A stretch of DNA of 63,998 nt, the filler included, from Ionaspis alba (Eukaryota): the NCBI GenBank assembly GCA_964255285.1. It is 6 parts of 6 records of this genome, joined end to end, with 100 filler letters (N's around TTAATTAATTAA, not from the genome) between each part and the next. Parts side by side here need not be neighbours in the genome. Positions count along the whole stretch, not along the records: positions 1 to 11,034 come from CAXUUL010000576.1; 5 more parts are not named here. The stretch is one strand, 5' to 3'. The number at the start of each line of letters is the position of its first letter. The stretch's first letter is position 1. A program made the position numbers and the translations under genes. The notes beneath the pieces were generated by a model, which did no database searches, had not been told where the DNA came from, and worked only from the letters and a program-made list of their open reading frames with translations. Positions 1 to 9,036 of this stretch are shown here, piece by piece.

Positions 1-237
1 CTTTGCTCTGTTATCTCTACCAGCAGGCGCGCGTGCGGACAAGTAGAAATTATAGATTCAAGACTAGATAGGAAGGCGTTCATGAGATCGCATACTGTTC
101 CTCGCAAGAGACACTCCAAAACTCGTCCTTGTAAGACTTCTCTCATTTGAGGAATCAACGAGCTATAACCGGAGGGGTATCAAACATAATTCCATCGACG
201 CTAAATCAGCTTACTCACATCGCAGTCCTCTGATACT

Positions 238-2484
238 TCATTTGACCTTGGACATGACGGTTTCCGGTCCTCGCTCTACATACACCTCTGCTGCCTTGCC
301 CTTGACAGAACTTAACATCCCTCTATCATAATCGTCTCTTGAGCGAAGCACACTCTCCACCCAGCTTAGCTGCACATCCCAATATTCTTTCTTGAGAGAC
401 TCGTACACTGCTGGTACACCTGACTTATCAGCTTCTAAGAGACGCACGAGGTAGTCCACGACTCTCCACTTCTGCTTGATCAAAGCAAAGTCCGGGAACT
501 TCTTGAAGAACTCAAAAGCGGTAATGACATCGTCCTTGAACTTGTCAGTGAAGGGTTCCGAGCGGCGGAACTTCGCGCCTTTGTTGCGAACTGATAGCAG
601 GTAACGGACGAGTAGGGTGTCGGAGAGCTCTTCCACAAAGATATCGAGCATGCTGTGGTGCAGGACCTCGGAGTAGTCGCTGATGTAGTCATCGAAGGTA
701 GACGTTATACGCTTCATGCCAAATTCGGTATACCATTTGGCGGTGAAGAACTCGGTGATTGTGGAGCGAAAATCGATAGTGAAGATCAATGAGACGAATG
801 ACGAAATGCAGTGGGTGCCGAGATCCACGTAGCCATCTCGGATTATATCCAGCTCAGTATCGGCATTCATCATGTACTTGGGAGGTACCAGCGGCTCAAA
901 ATCCCGCTTGAATCGAGTTAGATAGCCGAACTGCCCAGACTCCTCGTTATCATCGATGCACGAGATCTGGTCGTTGGCAATAGCGACGAGCCAATCTTGC
1001 AAGACTTGAAGGCCATCTTGATCTGCTGAAGCACTCTTGTACTTCGCACACTCGTCGTCAACCAGTCTCTGCCAGTTTGCCTGCCATCTCTTCAAGGCAC
1101 GGAACATCTCGTCTAGAACACCCTCCACGACATCTGCACGATTAGAATTGCCAGCCACGAGAGTTTGCTCTCTCAACATTCGCCACATATCTGGCAACCT
1201 TTTGGTGCGAAAGTAGCCTTGTGAGTCATTGTCAAGACTTTCAGGCTCGCGAGCAAGGAATGACTTCTTGTCTGTGGTGAACATGCGGCCCATCCATTCG
1301 TCAACGGAGTTGACGATCAGCTGTCTCCAATCGCGAACAAGCTCGGCCTCTCTATCGTCGAGTAGCTGTGGCTGTAAGTCTGCTGGGCTCCAATCGAGCT
1401 TGGCCATTTTGGCATAATATTTCTCGCTCCAATGGATAATGCTTAATATGTGGGCTGGAGCAGACTTCTCATCATCGACTAGCTTGATGAGCCAATCATG
1501 CATAAGCTTGTGGTATATAGTGGTGTACGTCTTGAAGATTTTCCACTTCTTCGGCATTAAGCCAACCATGCCTAGCTTCACGGTGTTTAGGTCGTTGAAG
1601 TACCATTTCAGACTCTTTTCAAGCCTATCAGGATCTTCGAGAAAGCTCTGTTCAGAGCTATCGAATTGGGCTTGGGCGTAGTACTCGATAGCTTTCAAGA
1701 ACTTCTCCTTGTAACCTCGCTGTTGTTTGGGTCCCGCCTTGATTGATTTGAATCGCGAGGCTAGCTCCTTGTACTCCTTGTGCGCGTCTAGCATAGCTTT
1801 GACCTTCAAATCACTCTTCTCCTCCTCTTCAATAACCAGGGCTAACCGCACGACCATGCTTTTGTTGTCAGACTGAACCAAGGGAATTAGATTGATGCAA
1901 GCTGAGCCAACGTGCTCGTCGAATATGTCCACAACCTCGTCCAGCTTGACAAAATAATCTTGTAAAGTACCTTCCAATGAGGCATCGGAAGCCTTTTTGA
2001 TCTGGTCCATGGCGTCGTCCCGGATGTCCCTGAGTTGTGTAAGGCCGTGGTGGACATTCAGTAAATTGGGTTGATTCTCTAGATCCCGCTCATCATCCAG
2101 TAGTAGCAGCTCCAGGTCCTTCAGCCTCTCATTGAAGGTGTCGATATTGTTTTTCATAGTCTCGACCTGCAAGAAATTCCTATGTATTTGTGATACGACA
2201 TTGATATTGGGGAAGTCCCGGATCATATTCTGCGACTCAGCGCATAACTTGTCGATCTTCATCATCTCCTCCTTGATCTGGTTGACAGTGCGTTGACTCT
2301 CGGTGATAGATCCCATTCCCGATTGTGTAACTTCCAATTGCTCTTTCAACCCAACTTTCAGCTGTCCGTCGACGGCAGCTTTCTTGCGGGTGAATTCCGC
2401 CTTCAAGGCAGGAATTTTGTCAAGATCCTCGGGATGTCGCAGAAGCTCTGCGAGCTTGACGGTAAAAGAGTCGACGTCTGCCAT
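238..2484 (-). CDS. SEC6: Exocyst complex component Sec6
   Basis: 748-aa intronless helical ORF. N-terminus LAELLRHPEDLDKIPALKAEFTRKKAAVDGQL and C-terminus YVERGPETVMSKVK are typical of Pezizomycotina Sec6. Confidence 0.95.
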   Translation of the reverse strand: MADVDSFTVKLAELLRHPEDLDKIPALKAEFTRKKAAVDGQLKVGLKEQLEVTQSGMGSITESQRTVNQIKEEMMKIDKLCAESQNMIRDFPNINVVSQIHRNFLQVETMKNNIDTFNERLKDLELLLLDDERDLENQPNLLNVHHGLTQLRDIRDDAMDQIKKASDASLEGTLQDYFVKLDEVVDIFDEHVGSACINLIPLVQSDNKSMVVRLALVIEEEEKSDLKVKAMLDAHKEYKELASRFKSIKAGPKQQRGYKEKFLKAIEYYAQAQFDSSEQSFLEDPDRLEKSLKWYFNDLNTVKLGMVGLMPKKWKIFKTYTTIYHKLMHDWLIKLVDDEKSAPAHILSIIHWSEKYYAKMAKLDWSPADLQPQLLDDREAELVRDWRQLIVNSVDEWMGRMFTTDKKSFLAREPESLDNDSQGYFRTKRLPDMWRMLREQTLVAGNSNRADVVEGVLDEMFRALKRWQANWQRLVDDECAKYKSASADQDGLQVLQDWLVAIANDQISCIDDNEESGQFGYLTRFKRDFEPLVPPKYMMNADTELDIIRDGYVDLGTHCISSFVSLIFTIDFRSTITEFFTAKWYTEFGMKRITSTFDDYISDYSEVLHHSMLDIFVEELSDTLLVRYLLSVRNKGAKFRRSEPFTDKFKDDVITAFEFFKKFPDFALIKQKWRVVDYLVRLLEADKSGVPAVYESLKKEYWDVQLSWVESVLRSRDDYDRGMLSSVKGKAAEVYVERGPETVMSKVK

Positions 2485-2808
2485 TGTGGCAGGTAGAAGC
2501 TGTGGCTACCGAGGCATCTTACATCTGTCCGCACGAGAGCCGTAAAGTTGGGAAATGAGACCTTGATGTTGCCCATAAGCTTCGAGGCATGACAGGGTTA
2601 CGTGCACAGACCAACAACTTCGAAAAGCACAACCAACCTCCAACTTCAGAAGTGCCAACGTCAATCATTGGACGACTATGAACGAAACAGAACTCGAAAC
2701 TAATTTGAGCCCTTGACAAACAGTAGGCTATGCTTCTGCAACTTCTCGCGCATCTCGCTGATCAATGGATAGTCGACCCCAGGCACGTCGTGGCCTTCTC
2801 TGCTCGAT

Positions 2809-3069
2809 ATGCCCTTCTTCAGAATCACTCAAATCCGATCTTCGATTGGTCTACCAAGGAAGACACAAGGAGTATTGCGGGCACTTGGCCTGAAGAAGCG
2901 TATGGCTACGGTTTTCCACCCTGTCAACTCGGATGTCGCAGGTCAGATCATGAAGGTCAAGGAGTTGGTTGCGGTGTCAGAGGTGGAGCAAGCGTTATCA
3001 CCACAGGAGGTGAAGGAGAGGAGGAAGCCGGATCCAGGATATTATGTCGAGACATCTGTGCCGCGATGA
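2809..3069 (+). CDS. MRPL33: Mitochondrial large ribosomal subunit protein uL30m (L33)
   Basis: 86 aa, FRITQIRSSIGLP...LRALGLKKR...VAGQIMKVKELV matches the L30 family. Divergent from SEC6 across about 325 bp. Confidence 0.93.
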   Translation: MPFFRITQIRSSIGLPRKTQGVLRALGLKKRMATVFHPVNSDVAGQIMKVKELVAVSEVEQALSPQEVKERRKPDPGYYVETSVPR

Positions 3070-3632
3070 TAAAGATTTGTCTGTACGAGTCTGAAGAATG
3101 TGTGGAGGACTGAGCGGACACTGCAGCCAAAGGTCATCGTTACTGCACCTTGCGTGCAACATCTAGTCGGAGTAGAGTTTCGGACAAAGATTATGACCTG
3201 GCGACCTTCCTGCTTGTACACATCTTGCAGGACTGCCCGGGAGTATGGACGGAATGAAGATTGAAAGGCGTGATATGTGATGGGAGATATATGAGGGTTT
3301 CGAACTCGAGCTTTCGAATGCTATGAGACAGCAGTGGCTTATCAAAGCAGATCTAGGTCCTGTCAAAGCATTTTGCGATATTTAGCCAGAAGTGGTTTGA
3401 GTGAGCCCCTCATTCCACCATCACAAGCAATGTTCAAATTACCTAGATAAGTGAGGTGCAAGGAAAACGGGAGGAGGATGCCGCATAGATACTGTTCTCA
3501 AAGCATGTAATTACAATAGTCGAGTTGGAATGATTCTAGAATCTGGAAGGCTTCTGAGTACTGGACAAGCCAGGCCACGGATGCCTCCCCTGCCTCAAAT
3601 AAAGAGGACTTACGGAGAGGGAGCGCCAGGAA

Positions 3633-5615
3633 TTACTCCCCGGCAAGCTCACGGTAATCAACTCTGTTCGTACGCCTCGAGGACTTTCGAGTTCCTTGGG
3701 CGATCGGTTCAGAGCGTGATACCTCGGGCTCTTCCTCGTCATCGACCTCAAACCTCGGTTTGGCAGCCTTTGCAGGCGCTTTACCAGGCTTCGAATTCGA
3801 AGACTTGGAGGGCCCGGCAGAGGATTGTGCTTTCACTCGAGCTAACCGAGTGGAACGACCACCGGGTTTAGCATCTAGAACCACATGATAAACCCCATCT
3901 TGTTGCTTGAAAGGTGCCGAACGCTCTGCCTTGTTTCTCTGACCCTGTTTCCATTTGGTATGGTGATGTTGGCATGGTGCGCACCTTAGAACACCCTCGA
4001 TTAAAGAAGAGACGAACTTCGACGATTTCACAGTGCCGCAGTTCGAGCAAGGATGATGAACCGAGGTGTCCCAGAAGGTTCCTGGTCGATCAAACTTGTA
4101 TTTTACTGCAAAGGTGACACATTTGTGGCAAAGATACCGCGAAAGAAGATGCGCTGCGGAGGCGTCTCGATTCTTCGGGTCTCTAAAGCACACATCTATA
4201 TCACCGCTCTTACAGTTCTGACAGGAATTGCCATCGAGGTTGAAATTCCCCTCGTGGTCGTTCCCTATGTAACCATGAACATAACAAGCCCAGCATAAAT
4301 CGTTGGTTTGCGGTCTCCCACTCTCCAGCGAATACCATTTGCGTGCATTGTTAGCATTTTCGCCACAAGCAATGCGGTCCTCAAAAGTCACCGAACAAAT
4401 AACACAAAACCGATCTCCGGGCTTTCGCCCCATTCGATTTTGGTTTATTGATATAGCACCATTGAGACCGCAATTCTCGGTCCAAGGGACTTTGGGGAGA
4501 CCGTGCGGAGTCGTTTTTCGAACGAGCTCAAAGCATGAAACAGGACACCATGTATGAGGTGTGGTGTTCATTCTAAGAGTTCGTAAGAAAATCATCATCA
4601 CTGTCTCAAAACTGATGACGTAGAACGGACTCGTTCCCATAGGAAACTTTGCTATGACGCGAAGATTCATCTTTGAATCTTCTTTCAGGGCATTGCGGAG
4701 ATGGGCATGTTTGAGCTCTTCTTTACGGCCATTGCCTGTTTGAGCCAGGACGTATTGATGCAAACGTGCCCATAATCCAGCCTTGCGCCCGTTTCGTACC
4801 AGCATAGTTGCACTTCCCACATAGGGGCGGCAACCCTGGGGACTGGTGACAAAGTCAGCATAAACACCAGGATTTGATACACCTCTCCATGCAGAAGGGA
4901 GAGAACAAAGTGCCCGGACATCTAGCTGATCTTGTCCAAGTATATGCTTGACTGAGTCTGGGACCGCGTCAAGATACACCTGGACAAGATTGTCCAGTGT
5001 CGAACGAATACAGGTAGACCAGAATACCCTTGTAAAGGGCTGATCAGCCCACCTGACACCCTCGCTCTTCACAGAGATAGAAAGACAAGCGTCCCGTATC
5101 TCTTTGGTAATGGAGCGAACGTGCTCAGAAAAACGCTGGATATTCACCGGTGAAAGGCTCCCCACGTCCACGTCCGGAGCGTCTCCACCAGCAACATCCG
5201 AGTCGTCCTCATCGACGTCGTCCAATGCTGCAGCCAAGGCTGCCTCCTCTTCATCGACATAGTCGGCGTCGAATTCAAGGTCCTGCTCCCGAACCTCGTC
5301 GTCCTCGTCGTCCTCGGTACGGCTCTCCACAGCCTCGAACTCGCTTTCAGGATCAGCCACCGCCTCAGGAGAGGCAATGACGTTCCTGGCAGCAGCATTC
5401 TCGGCCAGGGGTGCACGCACCTTGGACTTCCGAGGAGTCGAAGGAACGGAGTCGGCACCTTGCCTTCGATGTTTGTTCCCCAGAGGGGAACGGGAAGGAG
5501 GAGCGCTCCCCAATTGCTTCGCACGCTTTGGAGGAGCCAAAACTATGGTATCGCTACCATAGCCATGGTCTTCCGCCACGTCGAAAGCGCGTTTGGTTGG
5601 TGTATTGGATGGCAT
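3633..5615 (-). CDS. Uncharacterised protein: acidic/disordered N-terminus, GIY-YIG-like endonuclease domain, three C4 zinc fingers (last one GATA-like)
   Basis: 660-aa intronless ORF. GVY-x12-YVG at 4868-4815, then ARLHQY (Arg), FETVMM (Glu) and GLN (Asn). CxxC pairs: CVIC..CWAC, CQNC..CHKC, CSNC-x18-CAPC. Probable 5'UTR intron from GTGAGG at ~5756 to CTAAC...AG at ~5643/5635. Confidence 0.75.
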   Translation of the reverse strand: MPSNTPTKRAFDVAEDHGYGSDTIVLAPPKRAKQLGSAPPSRSPLGNKHRRQGADSVPSTPRKSKVRAPLAENAAARNVIASPEAVADPESEFEAVESRTEDDEDDEVREQDLEFDADYVDEEEAALAAALDDVDEDDSDVAGGDAPDVDVGSLSPVNIQRFSEHVRSITKEIRDACLSISVKSEGVRWADQPFTRVFWSTCIRSTLDNLVQVYLDAVPDSVKHILGQDQLDVRALCSLPSAWRGVSNPGVYADFVTSPQGCRPYVGSATMLVRNGRKAGLWARLHQYVLAQTGNGRKEELKHAHLRNALKEDSKMNLRVIAKFPMGTSPFYVISFETVMMIFLRTLRMNTTPHTWCPVSCFELVRKTTPHGLPKVPWTENCGLNGAISINQNRMGRKPGDRFCVICSVTFEDRIACGENANNARKWYSLESGRPQTNDLCWACYVHGYIGNDHEGNFNLDGNSCQNCKSGDIDVCFRDPKNRDASAAHLLSRYLCHKCVTFAVKYKFDRPGTFWDTSVHHPCSNCGTVKSSKFVSSLIEGVLRCAPCQHHHTKWKQGQRNKAERSAPFKQQDGVYHVVLDAKPGGRSTRLARVKAQSSAGPSKSSNSKPGKAPAKAAKPRFEVDDEEEPEVSRSEPIAQGTRKSSRRTNRVDYRELAGE

Positions 5616-6850
5616 TGTGTAGAATTATAGAGTTCTATATACCTGTTAGCACTCGCACATTCGCTCAGGAAGGGCATATACTCATTCAATGGCATTCAAT
5701 TACAGAGGAGAAGGAAGAGGTCAACCGTCTGTAGAATTCATATAGTATACCCTCACCTCGCGCCCACCCACCCCTCCTCTCCTTCCCAATCCGCGCCCTC
5801 TCCCCAATCTTTGGGGCATCTCACCCAGGAGCCTAGCTCCGAGAGTTTGCCTGAACTCAAAAGCTCTCCCCCTTCAGCATCCAATCTCCCCCAGACTGTC
5901 CATGACGCATCGAGCATCTCAAGATGGACCAATAGACCTGCAGGGTTTTCACCTCGTGCCATCAGAATTTACCCCTGGCAATCGGGTCCAGCTTCCGTCG
6001 TGACTCGGAAGTCACCGAAGCCGTCAGGCCATCTCAGGCCAGCACAGTACATCGGAGAGCTGTCAAATGTGGCTCGTGCACGACGATGAAACATCGTATT
6101 GGACTCGATTGCTCGATCGGGCCAATCTGGCGATAGCCGTTTTCTCCGTAGCCCTTAGCGTGGTGAACCCCCTGTAGCGATCCCTACACATTTGGACAGA
6201 GATCATCGGCGTTCCCACTAAGACTATACAATGCAGACTTACCTTTGACGATTGCGCTGCTCTTGCTCGTGTGTTCCAGGTAGGAACAGGCCCTCCCCTC
6301 GCCTTCCAAAGGCTTCTATGCCTATGCATCGCTCCCCAATCTCATCCAAACAGACATCGTGAAGACCTCCAGCTGCTAGAGCCCAATCATATATAGATCA
6401 CGATAGTCAGCAGCTTCCAATGATGATTGACGCTAGAAAAATGCACTAATGGGCACTTGTGCTGTCAGAAATGGGGCTGTTAGGGTACCTGGAAGCTAAA
6501 TCGACAGGGGTCCGAAGAGAATCATGAGCATCGATATCCACTGTAGGTCCAGCAGTTCAGGCCTCGGAACAACGTCATGTAGACTGTAGTGAATCACGCG
6601 CCCCACGTAGATAAGTATTCCCACATTCCCCCTTCGTAGTCCCTCTCCCTTCCTCACCTTTACAACTCACCAAGAAGTCGAGAGTAAGTTGCCCCTTTCC
6701 CTCTTGTCCTGGTGAAGCCTTCCCTATATCAGAAGCGAGTTGCAATGAGTTGCAGCTCACTGCAATTGTTCATTTGAGCTCTGGTCTCCCTTGTGGCGCT
6801 GTCGTTGTCCGGTAGTAGCATGACTGACATATGTATAGAGCAATCATACC

Positions 6851-7782
6851 ATGGCTCCGACGATCAACATCCAGAACAACTACGCTCCACTGTCAGGCAG
6901 TGGTGGTTATAGACGTGTAAGTGCTGACCCCTCTCTCTCTTTCTCTCTCTCTCCCTCTCTCCCTCTCTCCCTCTCTCCCTCTCTCCCTCTCTTTGGAGGC
7001 CTCCGTGACTTGATGCAATGATTATAGAAGCATGCTAACATATGTGTATAGAGACCTCCCCCGAAGAAAAAGCCTTCTGTCGAAGGCTCTCGAGTCACTA
7101 AGGAGAAGAAGGAGAAGAAGAAAGAGAAGAAGGAAGGGGAGAAAAAGAAAGAGGAGAAGAAGAATGAGAAGGAGAAGAAAGGAGAAGAGAGAGGAGAGGG
7201 GGCCAACCTCCAACAGGACGAAACTGTGAGTATCTCTCTACATTTTGAATCCAGTGTTGGCATCAATTAATATGTATATAGAGAAAAGCTGCATGCAATC
7301 TAGTGAAAGAAGACCTGACTATGGAACCGAAATATGTCAGGCTCGTGAGAGGAGATTGGGGAGATGGTGGTGGAGAGGTGTGGGATGATGCGGTAAATGC
7401 ATGTGTTTTCCAAGTGTTCTACTAGTTGCTGATCACGTGATTCAAGCTGTGTGTTGGCTATCGTGCGTTCTCTTTAGCGTATAGTTCCGCTAAATCTAGT
7501 GGAGATTCGCACGAGAAAGCTCGAGAAGCTGGTCACGAGGCGGTACAGGCTTTGAGAAGTGGGGAGGGCGCCACGATGAGCGATGAGGAGGCTACGGGGG
7601 GCAAAAATGGGAAAAGAAGTCGAAATCGGAAGGCTGCTTGGGAGGCCGGCTACGAGAAGGGAAAGGAGGAGGCCGCTGAGTTGAAAAGGACGATTGAGCG
7701 GTTGGAGAATGATCTCCAGAGAGTGAAAGCTCAAAATGCCGATCTTGTTCGTCGGCTCACGCCAACTCCAATTATACATTAA
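6851..7782 (+). CDS. Orphan 228-aa Lys/Glu-rich protein with C-terminal coiled coil (4 exons)
   Basis: Exons 6851-6916, 7052-7225, 7282-7392 and 7447-7782 are joined by GT-AG introns (GTAAGT, GTGAGT, GTAAAT; CTAAC/TTAAT/CTGAT branch-like sites). All are phase 0 and give one open frame: MAPTINIQNN...KEKKEKKKEKK...AWEAGYEKGKEEAAELKRTIERLENDLQRVKAQNADL...IIH*. Confidence 0.7.
6928..6993 (+). repeat. CT-rich simple repeat (CTCTCTCC-like units) in intron 1 of the orphan gene
   Basis: Pure pyrimidine tract ccctctctctctttctctctctctccctctctccctctctcc... Confidence 0.85.
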
Positions 7783-8163
7783 TCTAGATAGCTTGAATAT
7801 GATTTTAAATTTTTATTTATAATATTTCGAATGCAGGCGAGTCATCAACAGGAAACAAAGACACTGAAGTGACAAATACGGTATGTAGGCTCCAGTTCTA
7901 CAATTGCTAACCCAACTGAAGCTGGACTGCGGAACGACAGCGCTAGTACTCCTTCCTGCCAAGACTTTTTGCTCCGATCCCTTCGAATGTGCCCTAGAAA
8001 CCTTTCGATCAGCCATTCAAATTTCCTCCTTCTCCTCTGCTGCAACGTCCTTAAACGCAAAGGAAAGCTCCTGACCCGAGCCCAATCAATCATAGCGGCA
8101 AGCTTGGCGCCTTGCGCCATAAGCTCATATGCGGACAAGCAACACTTCTCTTTCATAAACGAC

Positions 8164-8883
8164 ATGCCTCTCAGTCTACCAAACACCCTCCTTTCCCTCC
8201 GCCCACAACCCTCATTATCATCACTAAGTCAACTCCGGACCTTCACCACCACCTCCGCTCTCCCACACCGGCACTCCACCAAATCCCTCATCCACAAGCA
8301 CCGCAATATTCCACCCTACCCTCACGGGCCTTCGCAATGGTACAAACAATCAAACTTCGGTCTCTACGGCTCCACTCGTCTGCAATTCGGCAACACCGTT
8401 TCAGAGCGGACCGAGATTAAAAACCGTCGTAAATGGCACCCCAATATCCGACACCAGCGACTGTGGAGCGAGGCTCTGGGGAGGTTTGTACGAGTCAAGG
8501 TACTGGCGAGGGTAATGAGGACGATTGATAAGGTGGGAGGGTTGGATGAGTACTTGCTTGGAGAGAAGACGGGGAGGGTGAAGGAGCTAGGAATGGGTGG
8601 ATGGGCGCTGAGGTGGCGGGTTATGAGGACGGAGAAGGTGAGGGAGAGATTTGCGAGGCAGAGGGCAGAGATGGGGTTAGTGGCGCAAGGCGGAGAGGGG
8701 GAGGAGGTTGTAGGGATTGATGGGAGTGTGGCCGCTGAGCAGGAGTTGAGGGAGCAGGAGGTCAGGTTTGATCGGGCGTTGGATAAGGATGATAGGGCGG
8801 CAGAAAGGGGAAAGGATGGGGGATTAGAGCTGGGGGGTTTGGAGGAAGAGGGAACGAGGCCCACGACGAAGGAAGCTTGGTGA
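8164..8883 (+). CDS. MRPL24: Mitochondrial large ribosomal subunit protein bL28m (L24)
   Basis: YKQSNFGLYG...FGNTVSE...RRKWHPNI...LWSEALGR...RTIDKVGGLDEYLL matches the L28 family. ATG at 8164 is followed by a mitochondrial-presequence-like segment. Confidence 0.9.
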   Translation: MPLSLPNTLLSLRPQPSLSSLSQLRTFTTTSALPHRHSTKSLIHKHRNIPPYPHGPSQWYKQSNFGLYGSTRLQFGNTVSERTEIKNRRKWHPNIRHQRLWSEALGRFVRVKVLARVMRTIDKVGGLDEYLLGEKTGRVKELGMGGWALRWRVMRTEKVRERFARQRAEMGLVAQGGEGEEVVGIDGSVAAEQELREQEVRFDRALDKDDRAAERGKDGGLELGGLEEEGTRPTTKEAW

Positions 8884-9036
8884 GGATAGAAGCTCTGTCG
8901 TTTCAAGGCCAAGATCATTGTGAAATACGCATATACGGGAGTCAATAACACTTTGTGGATTAGTCTAGCATTCGCTTTCACGACCTGGAAATCCATCTAG
9001 ATAATACACTGAGGTCATGGCCGGATTCAGATTTTA

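Noticed and set aside
5753..5962. 69-aa ORF as an upstream coding exon of the GIY-YIG gene
   Set aside because: Both candidate acceptors leave an in-frame TAA before ATG 5615, so the intron is in the 5'UTR and the ORF is at most a uORF.
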